Source of the DNA: Octopus vulgaris
Lineage: Eukaryota
Direction: 5' to 3'
Assembly: GCA_951406725.2 (NCBI GenBank)
Contig: OX597823.1
Location: 51,770,001 to 51,834,000 of the forward strand
Length of the DNA: 64,000 nt
Shown here: one piece after another, positions 24,742-38,335 of the stretch
Layout: the number at the start of each line of letters is the position of its first letter
Numbering within the stretch: the stretch's first letter is position 1
Made by a program: the position numbers and the translations under genes
The notes under the pieces: generated by a model
What the model was told of the DNA's origin: nothing
Database searches by the model: none
Seen by the model: only the letters and a program-made list of their open reading frames with translations

Positions 24742-25459
24742 TTTTGCTGAACCCTAATTATATAAAGTAATGTTTATATTTACCATAAATGGTCCTTTTA
24801 TATACTGAACACCGCTTGGTAAAATTATTAATTACTAATTAATTAATTAATTTTACCCTTATTATTATTGACAATATAATTCTCTTCCTGATAATAAACT
24901 ACAAATTCCTCTGTAGGAATTTGTTACTCTATAACTCACGTGGGTGGACAGGGGAAGATGCAGAGCCTCATTTGTATGTTTTGAATTCGTTAGTACTGGA
25001 TGTCGAGGGTGGTTTGTCTGAGGTTACTCAAATCAGACGTGTATGTTCGATTTTTAGTGCTCTCAAATTTAAATTTAATGAAATCTTGTGCTGATGATGG
25101 GAATGTTTGAATAGGGATGTATTTCTAGCATCTCTATATCTGACTAACCCAGAAACGCGTTCACAAGTAATCTATTTTTCGAGTGAACTTTCGTTATTTT
25201 TCCCTCTATGCCTACGTAAATTGTTTTTGAGCATACATTGTCTGGGAGACTCTTTTTATAGTAGTGGAAACAGCTAAATTCTTTGGTTACTATTTCTAAA
25301 AGTTCGGTGTGTGGTAAAGCAATTTTTTTGCTGAACCCTAATTATATAAAGTAATATTTATATTTACCATAAATGGTCCTTTTATATACTGAACACTGCT
25401 TGGTAAAATTATTAATTACTAATTAATTAATTAATTTTACCCTTATTATTATTATTGAC
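24742..25459 (+). mobile_element. Terminally redundant hammerhead-bearing element (584-bp period, ~130-bp direct repeats); pLTR or retrozyme-like
   Basis: 24742-24872 is repeated at 25326-25459; (TA)n lies on both sides; one internal hammerhead. Confidence 0.85.
25085..25167 (+). ncRNA. Type I hammerhead ribozyme, intact core
   Basis: cttgtg-CTGATGA-tggg...ccca-GAAA-CGCG-TT-cacaag: 6-bp helix I, palindromic ACGCGT, GUU triplet. Confidence 0.9.
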
Positions 25460-26534
25460 TATATATATAACACATATATAATAAGCAACTACCATTTCAT
25501 ATTGCATTATCTGGCTCTACTATTCAGTGGCTTATGGCACTGTCCATGAAGCTGATAAGGCATATATCAATTTGATTTTCAATATGAATTTGGAGGTGTG
25601 AGTGATAATACACTAAAACATGAAAAAATTAGCGAGCAGTTATTTGTTTTTCTATATCTAAGAAGGGCAAGTATGAATACCATAACTGATAGATATACCA
25701 TGTTGTGAATATACCATAGCATACCATGTGTAAACCACAGTTTATAGAACAAATTGAAACAAAAATCAGAGTATCTTGTAGGTGAGACCAAGTAGACAGA
25801 CTAAAGTACTGTTAGTGAAATTTGTTATATTTAGGATTTTGAAGACATTTATTATTCATTAAGAATTTGGAAACAAAATGTGTCTGATATATGTTTTTTA
25901 GCATATTTTAAAGATTGATTGAACTCGTACTGAAATCTATTGATGGAAAGACAGATTTCCTTCAAAAGTGAAAGCTTGTTTGTTAAAAATATCTTCACCA
26001 GTTAATGTTAATTCTTATACTTTCTGTACAAATAAAGAACTGAAGCAATATTGATACAAGGAGCATGTCCATGAGAAGCAATTTAACTAACAAGCTGTAA
26101 TACAACTGTCTAATATCATTCATTTCGCCAGATTCTTATGTGATAACACTGGATCATTCACCAACTGTTTGTGTTAATTTTGTGATCTCACAAAAGAAAA
26201 CTTCTGCTTTCCTTGTTTTATTATTAATAATGCTTATGCATAAGAAAATTACATACAATTTTCAAGATGTTCAAATTTTAGCATGGATTATTAAAAACCT
26301 TAAGTTGTCTTTCTTAAAAATCTGTGATGCATATACATACCTGTTGTGGCATATCACTGCACTGTAATTTCTTGATTTTCTTATAATGGTAGCAAAATCT
26401 CCCCAAAATATTATCATATTACAAAAAAAAAAAAAAAACAAGGACAATGTGATCCTTGATATCAAAAAAATAACGAGATATCAAAATTGGATTACTCTTG
26501 ATCATAAATCTGTTTGACCAGGGTTGACCTGGAG

Positions 26535-26719
26535 TTAACCCTTTAGCATTCAGATTACTCTGTCAAATGCAATACTTATTTATTCCCATTGTTTTAATTA
26601 TCACAAATTATTGAGCTTTCAATGATGTGATTGCTTATTTTTAGGATGACATTATAGAGAAGATGTGAGAAGCTAGATCAGGACAATTTGAACATTTGTG
26701 TTGGAAATGTCAAGGTTAA
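26535..26719. mobile_element. piggyBac-type MITE, opposite orientation
   Basis: TTAA-CCCTTTAGCATTCAGATTACTCTGTCAAA at the left end; degenerate right end aaggTTAA. Confidence 0.75.
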
Positions 26720-27449
26720 AAGCTAGACATAAACTCTTCTAGAAATAATGGATTGAAATAATCAGTTTACAGCATCAAGCACAGATTTCTTGTAAACTGT
26801 CATAAGACATCGAATCTATGTTCCATTTAGACAGTTGAGATGCATCAAATAGAGGGCTGAGATATATTTCTATGTCTTAATACCTACCAAAAATTAAGAT
26901 TTATGGTAATTAGGAAATGATTTTATTATTTAATTGAAATAAACGTTAAAGTCTATAGTAGTGTCACAGTCAATGGAAGGAGAAATATAGAAAGGATACT
27001 GAATTAATAGTTATTTGTTTGGAAATAACTACGTTGCAGAGCTGGAGAAGAAACTATGCCTTGGCCTTGGGTCCTCAATCTCCAATGATATCAATGGAGT
27101 GCTTTCAGCCAGTCAACATTTAGCATGTGTCAGCTATTTTAGACCTGGCAGAATCATCCTTCTCTAGGTCTTATACAAGAAGCAATTTCTTCCAGAGAAA
27201 ATAAAAGCAGAAAGAGAAAGACAAAAACACAACAACAGTGTTAGACTGGTATTTTATTTACTGATCCCAGAAATGACAAAAGGCAAAAATGACATAAGAG
27301 TGATTTGAACCCAAAATGCAGAAAGCTAAATTTAAATTGCAAGAAATTCTATCCAACTCTATAATGACTCTGCCAACATGATATCTTTTAGGAGTTGATA
27401 TAGATTGTTGAATAGCCACAATCAGCATTGCTAAAACATACCTATATAA

Positions 27450-27836
27450 TCGTCATGGTACTCCATCAGTTATGGTGACAAGGGTTTCAGTTGATCCAAT
27501 CAACGGAACAGCCTGCTCATGAAATTAACATGCAAGTGGCTGAGCATTCCACAGACACGTGTACCTTTAACATAGTTCCCAGAGAGTTTCAGCATGACAC
27601 AGAGTGTGTGCTGAGGCTGGTTCTTTGAAATACAGGTACAACAGAAGCAGGAAGAAAGAGTGAGAGAAAGTTGTAGTGAAAGAGTACAGTAGGGTTTGCC
27701 ACCACCCCACTGCTGGAGTGTCATGGTGCTTTAGGTGATTTCACTCAATAAATACCCTCAAAACCCAGTCTGGGAATTGAAACCATGATCCTACAACTGC
27801 GAGTCCACTGCCCTAACCACTGGGTCATTGCACCTC
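27450..27836 (-). mobile_element. SINE family D variant
   Basis: Shares its 3' part with 10280-10450 and its head with 42845-43133. Confidence 0.8.
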
Positions 27837-29409
27837 CTCTTATATAATACATAGAGGTTGAAATGTTTTGGAACCATAACCAATAAGTCAAACACAGCGT
27901 GTCAATGCCTTGTTTCAGGTTTGTCTGTTGTTACATTACACACTCATTCAGAATTTCATTGAGTGGGATGTTGACTGGTATTCGGAGATATTTTACAACC
28001 ATTTTGTTTAATAGCATGGTTTGCTGTGTCAATAGTAATTGTAGTACAATTTTGTATAATGTGTCATGATGAAGGCAAGACCTAATCTAGCAAAATTCAT
28101 TTTCTTTCAACATTATCAAATGAAATGGTTATGATTCTTCACATGATTAAAAAGATTATGGTGGTGGTGGTGGTGGTGGTGCAGATGGTGGTAGTAGTAG
28201 GGATTTTTCTGGTGGTAATGAATACTTGGTATTTCAGAGAAAGTGGGGTTTATAGATTTTTTTCCCCACCACTTTTTCCTTCTTGGCATAATGCATTTTT
28301 GTAAAGCATAATATTATCTCGTGAAAATTGTTTTATTTGCCTTTCGTGTATTCATGTTGGTGATTTGTAAAAATTCCCAATGCCCTATTAGATTCAGTAA
28401 ATCTAATCACGAAGGATAACTCCATCAATTTATCAAATCATAAAGCAAGATTATTGCTGAACTTTTCTACTGGATATCGCCTTTGTTAAAATAAATAAAA
28501 TAAATAAATACAAAAAGAAAAACGAAATAAAGAATTATAATTCAGTGTAAATATATCCACTTCTTTCACTGAGTGGATGTAAAAAAAATATCCTTTTCTT
28601 TTTTTATTTTTTTCTTTGCTTCAGAAATATGTAATTTTAGGCAGTGCTACATTTCTTTAGGGAGATATCTATCCCATGCAAATAACTAAGAATTTATGAC
28701 TTCGAATTTTTATGTGGTTTCTGATTTCAAACTCATGATACACTACATTGCCTTTTTCTGATGCAGACACTAACAAATCACAGATAAGTTCCTGTAAAAT
28801 GGTTGTTTTAAATGATGTAAACATGCTTAAATAATTCTTTTAATTTTCTCTCATATATCCAAAAACCCTTGAGTATAATAAACTAATTCTGAATCTAACA
28901 AATTGGTAATAATTCTAGATCAGTGCAAGCTTTGTAAATGAGCCTGCATTTCACCAAATATTGTCTTTTTAGATATTAACACTTGAAAGTTTTAAAAAAA
29001 AGAAGAGGAATTAAATGAAAACAAACAATAAATATTCTGTTCTCCCAAGAACTTTTAGTATTTTATGAAAGACAAAAAGAAAGTTCTAACTCTGAAGATA
29101 CAATATTGATGCTCATTCTTTAATATTTTGCCAAGCTAAGGTGGGGAGCTGATAGAATCATTAGCATGTTGGGTGAAATGCTTAGCAGCATTTCATCCAT
29201 CTTTACATTCAGAGTTCAAATTTTGCTGAGGTGCCATGCAGTAGGTCTGAACCCAGAGCCATGTAGTTGGGAAACCAGCGTCTCTGCCTATCCATCGATG
29301 CAATGAGTTCAAATCCACCTATTATTGACTTTGTTTTTACTTTTTGTGCATGTCAATAAAATAAGAACAAGTGGTGGGGTTGATTTATTTCACAGCATCA
29401 ACCTCACTA

Positions 29410-29927
29410 CAATACTGGAGCACTGCCTTTAGTCGAGCAAATCGACCCCAGGACTTATTCTTTGTAAGCCTAGTACTTATTCTATCGGTCTCTTTTGCTG
29501 AACTGCTAAGTTACCGGCGATGTAAACACACCAGCATCGGTTGTCAAGCGATGTTGGAGGGACAAACATATACATACATACATATATATATATATACTTA
29601 CTTACTTGGAAGTGGATGCATGGCATTCGATCATCTAATAACTAAATAATATATAAACATATGCATATATACCTACATATAGTACATACCTACATCTATA
29701 TATGCATATATGGGTACAGTACACCAAAAAAAAGTTGAATACAATGAGAGACGAAAACATACGATGGGCTTCTTTCAGTTTCCATCTACTAAATCCACTC
29801 ACAAGGCTTTGGTCAGCCTGAGGCTATAGTAGAAGACACTTGCCCAAAGTGCCACACAGTGAGACTGAATCCGGAACCATGTGGTTGGTAAGCAAGCTAC
29901 TTTCCACATAGCCACTCCTGCGCCTAT
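29410..29927 (-). mobile_element. SINE family A with an insert in its microsatellite (29595-29760)
   Basis: Both SINE halves are present on the minus strand, with unrelated sequence between them. Confidence 0.85.
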
Positions 29928-31179
29928 GTAATTTACTAATATTAGAATGGAGTTTCTATCCCTTAGAGAATTTTTTCCCCTTTAAGGCTTATTTTGACAT
30001 CTTACTAAATCAATAAAATTCTTCCCCCATCATGTTAGTTTTAATTTTCAGAATTTTATTGTTAAGGCTTAGCCACAGGTCATCTGTAAATGAGCAGACT
30101 TATAATAGAAATTCCTCCTTTTAGGGGTATGTCAGACTACTTCTGTCGATATGTCGTTTCTTTTTTCAAGTCAACTTGCAAAATATCTTAGAGGAACATT
30201 AGTCACCTTAAAGTCAGCAGCTTCAGAGAGCCTCTGAAAGCTATAGATACAGTCCTTATCTTCTGACCAAACTAATAAAAATAAGTGTGCTATCATAGAC
30301 TAAATCAAGTTTGATACTTGATTCTTTCAGCTTACAACTTAACAGAGGAGTTCTTTATCCAATCTTTATGGAGCAACTGTAATAAATATGTGTCTGTTTA
30401 CTGTTTACTCCAGTGAATTAATCAGATGAAAACCCACATGATTCAGATGAACTGAATTCTTCAATCAAATAAACACTCACGAATGAATATATGAAATCAT
30501 AGATTTTCCTTAAATACTGGTAGATTGCAATATCAGGTACAATTATAAGAATTCTTCATTATTTTAGTGATGCAGACATGAAATTGAAAATGAGAAGCTT
30601 CACAGCTAGAAGCAGGATAAATAGAGCAGGAATTATCCAATTACATCTGTCACTATTCATAAATGGGTTGGAAAACTTAAGCAAAACAAAAGACTAGCTT
30701 TCTTTTATCTAACACTAAGCATAGATAATTTCACTCGACAAACATTTATGATAAACAAACTGTAAAAGATGAACTGACATCCTTCAATAACCAATGATAG
30801 AATCTTTTAGATTTCTTTCGTAATTGTCTGACATTTCCTGACAGTTTCAATATGATTATTTCTCCATTGAGAATATTGCCAATAATAATGAAATAAAGCC
30901 CCCAACTGATCATCTTTCTCCAAAGTCAGAGAAATTCATTCCTTTCAATGTAATTCAATATTTTCTAGTCTGAAATTTGAAGTCTAAAATGTCTAACTCC
31001 CAAAGCTGGAAGACGATGTTATAAATTATTAATTTTTTGAAACAACTTCATAGAAATAAATTTTTAATTTTTAACATTTTCTCTATCTTTTATCTTTCAT
31101 TTTTTTTTTTATCTTTGTCCTTTAATTGTTTCAGTCATTAGACTGCAGCCATGCTGGGACACTACCATGAAGAATTGTG

Positions 31180-31328
31180 GGTAAGTAGCTTGCTTACCAA
31201 CCACATGGTCCTGGGTTCAGTCCCACTGCATGGCACCATGGACGTCTTCTACTATAGCCTCCGGCCGACCAAAGCCTTGTGAGTGGATTTGGTAGATGGA
31301 AACTGAAAGAAGCCCGTCGTATATATGT

Positions 31329-31364
<36 letters not shown>

Positions 31365-31428
31365 GTGTGTATATGTTTGTGTGTGTTTGTCCCCCCAACA
31401 TCGTTTGACAACCGATGCTGGTGTGTGT
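31180..31428 (+). mobile_element. SINE family A, 5' part
   Basis: Matches 6465-6705 and stops at the Penelope fragment. Confidence 0.85.
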
Positions 31429-32200
31429 CTTCCTTGACTTTTTTGAGAGGTGATTTAGCATGTCCAAGTCATCTCTGATATTGCTATTGATGTGTTTAAG
31501 GAAGGGTTTTCAATAGGATGTCCTTAAATAGACTTAGCTTGTGTGTTTCACAGGCTGGGCCAGCTATAATGGCTCACAATTTTAGGTTTGGTGTATGCAT
31601 ATATGTCATTGGTGATTTTTTATGGTTTCATTTATAATCTGGCTTTTGTGGATTTTTGGTAGACCATACATAAGTTTAGGTTTGCATTTAAAATTTGTTG
31701 AATAGTTGATTTCTTTTGTTGTTAGTTCTTTTCCATGAATTTTAATTAGTGAGGATGGGGTTTTCATTATTTTTTGGTGGTGCTCTCATTCAGCATAGAG
31801 ATTACTAGATTTTTTATAGTATAATGTGTCCATTATTACTACTGCACTTCCTTTATTTGCTTCCTTAATTGTTATATCTTCATTATTTTGAAGTTCTGTT
31901 AGTTCCTTCCATTGTGTAGTGCTAAAGTTTAAGATAATTGTCTGTTTATGCATGGTGAGGCAGGGGAAGTTCTCAATGTGGTTGCAAAATTCATCAAGAT
32001 TTTTATTTCTTCCTTTATGGAGGATGTGTTCACCTTTGTTTTTGACTAGTGAGTTATCTTCAGTATTGTAACTGGTTAATGCTTCTGTGAGTTTTAATTT
32101 TCTACAGAATTCTATTATACCGGCCTTCACTTCATTTTGGTTGGCTCTTCGTGGTGTTGGGGGTGAATTTTAACCCTTTTCAGAGGATGTCTATCTTTGT
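31429..32200 (-). mobile_element. Penelope-like element, RT N-terminal fragment (decayed)
   Basis: The minus strand gives KGLKFTP, FCRKLKL, ITIKEANKGSAVVIMD..Y, YGLPKIHK and PIIAGP in order, the PLE N-terminal and RT motifs. Confidence 0.9.
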
Positions 32201-32403
32201 GCTTGTACATCACACCAAAGCAAAGAGATAACACAATATTGGTCAAGAAATTTGAGAAATTTTAAAAGAAAAAATGAAACCAGTTATTTCTCCAAAAACA
32301 ATGACACTATACACAACATTTTATCATATTTTCCTAATATGATAATTTTAATATACTATGTAACCATATAATACAAGTCTTCTGTAGGTTTTTCATTCTA
32401 TTT

Positions 32404-32407
<4 letters not shown>

Positions 32408-32451
<44 letters not shown>

Positions 32452-32485
32452 CATACATACATGAATATTTATATACACATATATG

Positions 32486-32516
<31 letters not shown>

Positions 32517-32572
32517 CATACATATTTTTATATACATATACTTATATTATATATATATAAATATATAAATAA

Positions 32573-32631
<59 letters not shown>

Positions 32632-33051
32632 CATACATACATACATACATACATACACATATATCATATACATATATATAAAACTTAGATAAAACTTAGA
32701 TATGTTTCAACCATAGATTGGACCAGGCTAAGTCTAACTTAATACCACATTTTTGACTCCTATTTCTAGCAATGCTGGTACTATCTCTGTACCCTTCATC
32801 ATAATTATAATATAATTATAAATTTAAATTAGATTTACCTCTACAGTTATTTCATGCATGCTAGCCACTGATATCATTATTTATTTAATAATAATATCCT
32901 TTATATATATAGCATATGAAAGACAGAAGATGTGTACAAGAATTTATTATTAATCACGACATGTATGTATATATCTGTGTATATATATACACATATACTA
33001 TATACATATATATATATATATCATCATATACATATATATCATATACATACA

Positions 33052-33097
<46 letters not shown>

Positions 33098-33711
33098 TTA
33101 TATTCTGTTAAGAACGTAGTAGAGTAGAGTATAAAGCTCAACCACCTTTAGATTTCACCCGGTGCTATCCAGCAGTAGTATTATAGGTATTGCGTAGATA
33201 TATAGATAGATACATAGATAGATAGACAAACAAGCAGAGAGACAGACAGGCAGACAGACATAGAGATAGAGAGGCCCAGCAATCCTTTAACACAAAGAAC
33301 ATTTCTGCTTTTAAATTCAAACAATATATTTCTTTCCGAGTCAACCCGTTACTAGATATATTTTAAACTGAACAGCACATGAAGTGTTCCATTATTTCAT
33401 TTGTAGACTTATCTGTGTGTATAAAGATGCATGCATACACACACACAAATACACACATGCATCTCTATCAAATGTTTGAATTAAACATGCTCAGAAAAAC
33501 TTCAATCTCATTGTCAACAAAATTATTCAAATACTGGAACTCTGCAGTCACACCGAGTCCCTTATCCAGTTAATGTTTGCTGTTTTAATGCATATATATC
33601 ACATCCCTCTATCTATCTATGTATCTATCTATCTTATCTATCAATCTATCGATCTATTATATATATGTATGTTTATATATGTATATGCATATATATGTAC
33701 ATGTATACAAT

Positions 33712-33763
<52 letters not shown>

Positions 33764-33975
33764 AATGTATACATGTACATATATATGCATATACATATGC
33801 ATGTGTATGTTTACACACACACACATATATCTATACATGTGTTTATATGAATGTACATATGTATAGATAAATGAATGCATATATATGTATACCTACTGTA
33901 AGTATATATGCATATACATATGTGTGTGTGTATGTATGTATGTATATATATATCTGTATATATATATATATATGC

Positions 33976-34020
<45 letters not shown>

Positions 34021-34082
34021 TATAACACATACGCATGCTCACACACACACATACACACACTCACACACACACATATATATAT
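32408..34082. repeat. Cluster of TA-rich microsatellites with short embedded inserts
   Basis: Seen directly; inserts at about 32680-32910 and 33095-33200. Confidence 0.85.
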
Positions 34083-34787
34083 TCAATACAGTAGCTATCC
34101 CCTTGAGATTGAAAGCCAATAGAAATGCACACGAAGAAATAAGTTGACATATTAGTGGGTAGAATAATTAATGCTTTATTACAGTTTTGAAAAGATGTTA
34201 ATAAAATGGTTAGAGTTCTCATAACCATTCAATATCCTTTGCAACATGTCAGCAAATTGCCTGAAGTTTATCTTTCTTTAATTACTCTCTGTCTCCCTTT
34301 CTGTCTTTCTCACTCTCTCTCTCTCTGTCATACAAATATTTGTAAAGGAAACACATGTAATTACTACTCAGACAACTGTGGGAATCTTGAAACACTTGAA
34401 ACACAGCAACGAAAGAATTGTTAAAGTTATTAACAGTAAAGTATAACTATAGGCAGCGAGTGCACACATAAATATTGGCCTGATCACTGAAAGAAGAAAG
34501 AAAAAAAAAAGAACCTTGAAATGTCTTAAGAATTTTGGCACAATAGTCAAGGAAGTACCACCAAAGAATTGTGGCATTTAATTTGGCAAAGAAAATTTTA
34601 CCAACAGATATTAAAAATAAATGATTCTCCAACCACTGTATTTCCCAGTGTTGAGGTCACTTTGACTTAACGATGTAAATTAGTTTTGGTTTGAAAATTA
34701 TGAAACTAAAATAAACATCAAAATTAAGATTAGAGCACTTTCATATACTTTGCAAAAACATTTTGTTAGTGGTTTAGTAACATACAT

Positions 34788-35520
34788 CAGTGATTTTCAG
34801 CCATTTTTTTACCTATGAACACCTTTGTTTATTATCTTATTTTAGCAGACCCCACCTCACCAACCATAGCCATTCACTGTTTGAAAACTAATTTTATACG
34901 TACTCCTTTCAAAATTCCTGATTTGTCATTCGCTCATTCACTCATTCACTGATTCACTGATTCACTTGCATTGGCACAGGACTGGCTGTGTGGTAAGTAG
35001 TTTGCTTACCAGCCACATGGTTCTGGGTTCAGTCCCACTGCGTGAAACCTTGGGGAAGTGTTTTTTACTATAGCCTCGGCCCAACAAAAGCCTTGTGACT
35101 GGATTTGGTAGATGGAAACTGAAAGAAGCCTGTTGTGTATATGTAGATATGTGTGTGTTTGTGTCTGTGTTTGTCCCCCAACATCGCTTGACAACCGATG
35201 CTGGTGTGTTTACGTCCCCATAACTTAGCAGTTCAGCAAATGAGACCAATAGAATAAGTACTAGGCTTACAAAAGAATAGGTCCTGGGGTCTATTTGCTC
35301 GACTAAAGGTGGTGCTCCAGTATGGCCACAGTCAAATGACTGAAACAAGTAAAAGAATAAAAGAATAAAAGAATTTGTAAAACATTAAAGAAAGAAAACT
35401 AATTGTTTCTTGCAATGCACACCTTTAAATCAAAACTTTTCTTGGACCCTTAAAATGCTACTGTAGATCCTCAATTTACTATTTTGCTAATCTTAAATGG
35501 ACCCTTGTTGAAAACCATGG
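34788..35520. mobile_element. hAT-like MITE with nested SINE A (34972-35372)
   Basis: Ends cagtgattttcagcc ... gttgaaaaccatgg; flanks homologous to 19741-20463. Confidence 0.65.
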
Positions 35521-35977
35521 ATATAGATCCCATTGATCACTTATAATATGCATTTTTCATTTACTTTTACAGAAACATGGCAAGGAAGCATAGACAATTC
35601 TATTCTTAAGTTAAATTTGGATTATGAAAAGCTCTAATCCTCATCTTCTCGTATAGTAACTAAATTTTTTTGAGACTTATTTTTGAAGTTGAGGATTGGT
35701 ATCCTTGATGCCAGGAAAAATATGGTAACTATAAATTTAGACATTTTTAACTGCAAGGCTCTCCATTAAAATATATATATATATATATATATCTGCAATT
35801 GTTTTATTCAGTTTTTGAATTTATTAAATTTCATTTTGGTATCAGCTTGTTGAAGTATCAACGATAAGGAACCTACTTTGTAACTTCTGTTTGCAATTAG
35901 GTGGTCTAGCCTAATGGGGGTGGGTTCTTTATCAGGCACAAAGCACCAGCAACACCACCTTATTGATTTAGCTATAA

Positions 35978-36174
35978 TTAACCCCTTTAGCATTTAAACC
36001 AGCTATATTTGACCAAAATTTTAAACCTGTTATATTTTTAAACCAACCAGATCATACCTCTCATACAATGTTATTTTAAAATTAAACGATCACATCATCA
36101 AATTCTTGAAGCTTCAAGGTAATGACTATATAAGCATTGTATTTGACAAAATAATCTGAATGCTAAAGGGTTAA
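35978..36174. mobile_element. piggyBac-type MITE
   Basis: TTAA-CCCCTTTAGCATT ... AATGCTAAAGGG-TTAA: TTAA duplication and CCC/GGG termini. Confidence 0.88.
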
Positions 36175-36327
36175 ATAAATACCACAACTAAATGACCGTT
36201 TATACACTCAGGCCCATTTGGCTGGTGTTATCTGAATTTCTGATATTCATAAGTGATTGAGAGTACAAGACTTGTCTCTGGATAGGATACAAGTCAGTTT
36301 CAGGGCTAACAACTACCAGCTATTACT

Positions 36328-37190
36328 TACGATGTGGTATCAAAAAGTTCTTGAACTAGTTCTGTAGCACACCAACAGATGGCAGCACACAGTTGTATGC
36401 AAAGCGAGAGCTAGCAGTGACCTCTATAAGGCGTTGTGCCAAGTGACATCACTGTGTTTACTTCACAAGTTGTGAAACTTGTGTTTTCGTGATCATGTGT
36501 TTACTGTAGTCTGCAATTTTTGTCATGGACAGGAATAAACAGCTAACGTGAAATTTTGTGTTAAACTTGGGAAGTCTGCTACAGAGACATTGAGCATGCT
36601 TTGGCAAGATTACAATGATGAGGCAATAGGTCGTTTCAAGTGGCACAGGTGCATGAGAGAGCCACAGCTCAATCAAGAGCATGCTCATTGTTTTTTTGAC
36701 ATCCATGATACTGTGCTTAGAGAATTCATCCCCTAGAGTCAGACTGCTAATTGAGAGTTCTACTGTGACGTTTTGAAGTGTTTGAGGAAGAGCATTCAGT
36801 GAAAGCAAACAGATCTGTGGAGCATGAAAAATTGGATTCTTCACAATGACATAATGGAGCTCTCCTCATTCACAAGTTTCTCCCCCCCCCCAAAAAAAAA
36901 TGGTATCACATCTGCACCTGCCCTATTCACCAGATAACTCAAAGTGAAAATGCAGCTGAATGGTTACTGCTTTAATACTGTTGTTGAGATCATAGGTAAA
37001 TCGCAGAAGGTCCTTGACTCGCTTATGGAAAATGCCTTCCAGGCCGAATTCCAAAAGTGGCAGGAATGCTGGGACAAGTGTATTATCGTGCAAGGTGATT
37101 ATTTCGTAGGAGATGATATAAAAACTTCGGTAAATAAGTTATTTTTTATTCAACATAACTAGCATGGGAACTTTTTGATACCATCTCGTA
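36328..37190 (+). mobile_element. Mariner transposon, internally deleted
   Basis: TA-flanked TIRs cgatgtggtatcaaaaagttc / gaactttttgataccatctcg; peptides KFCVKLGKSATETLSML and FQKWQECWDKCIIVQGDYF. It splits an older SINE D relic. Confidence 0.92.
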
Positions 37191-37711
37191 TGTTCATTGT
37201 GGCTGAGTAGACTGTGAAATAAAGTGCTTTGTTCAAAGCCCATTTGGTTCAGGTATTGAATTTATCACCTTACAAATGTGAGTGCCATACCCTAGGATAT
37301 GCACCTTCTCCAGTTCATAAATACCAAAGTTTACTCACTTTCTCATTCATTGACACATATGCACCTTAACTGATTCGCTAATTTAATTATTCAAGGATTA
37401 ACTAACTCAATGACAGATACTTAGTTACTTGCTCAGGCTTTCACATATTCACTTGTTCATGCTTATACTCTCTCAAAGCCCACAATTTTTGGTTTAAATC
37501 TCAATTAGCTCATTTTCTTTATTGCAACTTTACAGATTTCTGATAACTGTTTCTTTTCCTTGTGTTGTATTGGAGAATGGTGCAAGCATAGTTGTTGTTA
37601 TTAAGATGTTGACTTTGCAACCACAAATTTATGGGTTCAATTTTAGCACACAGTACCTTGATCAAATGCCTACTAGCACAGCTTTAGGTTGACTGATAAT
37701 GTACGAGTAGA

Positions 37712-38070
37712 GTGTGGAGGTGTATGGCTTAGTGGTTGGGGAGTGGGATTCATGATTGTAAGATTGTGGTTTCAATTTCTGGACCGGGCGACATGTGTTC
37801 TTGAGCGAAACATTTCATTTCATATTGCTCCAGTCCACTCAGCTAACAAAAATGAGTAATCCTGCAATGGACCAGCATCTCATCCAGGTGGGGTTAGGGT
37901 TAGGGTTAGGGTTATATAAACACCACAAAACCAGGAAACATGTTGCGTTCTTGAGCAAAACACTTCATTTCACATTGCTACAGTCCACTCAGCTGACAAA
38001 AATGAGTAATCCTGCGATGGACCAGCATCTCATCCAAGTGGGGAATATAAACACCACAAAACCAAGAAAC
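37712..38070 (+). mobile_element. SINE family D with tandemly duplicated 3' part
   Basis: 37791-37937 is repeated at 37938-38070. Confidence 0.8.
37891..37914 (+). repeat. Interstitial telomeric repeat (GGGTTA)4
   Basis: Seen directly. Confidence 0.9.
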
Positions 38071-38335
38071 CAGCCCTTGGGACTTGAGAAGGTAAATTTG
38101 TTTTTGTGAATAGAATATGTTAGATGGAAACTATACAAAAGTCTATTGTGTCAGTGTATGTTTTGGAAGGCAGAGGAGGCTACATACTCTAATTACTGAC
38201 AATATGTAATGTGCTGAATTTAGTTGTAGGTTTACCATTTGCAGTCTCATCTAGCATTATTTGCACTGTCTCATTAATAACAATTCTTAATGAGCTGAAT
38301 TCAGCACTCTATTTACTATGTTCTCAACAAACACT

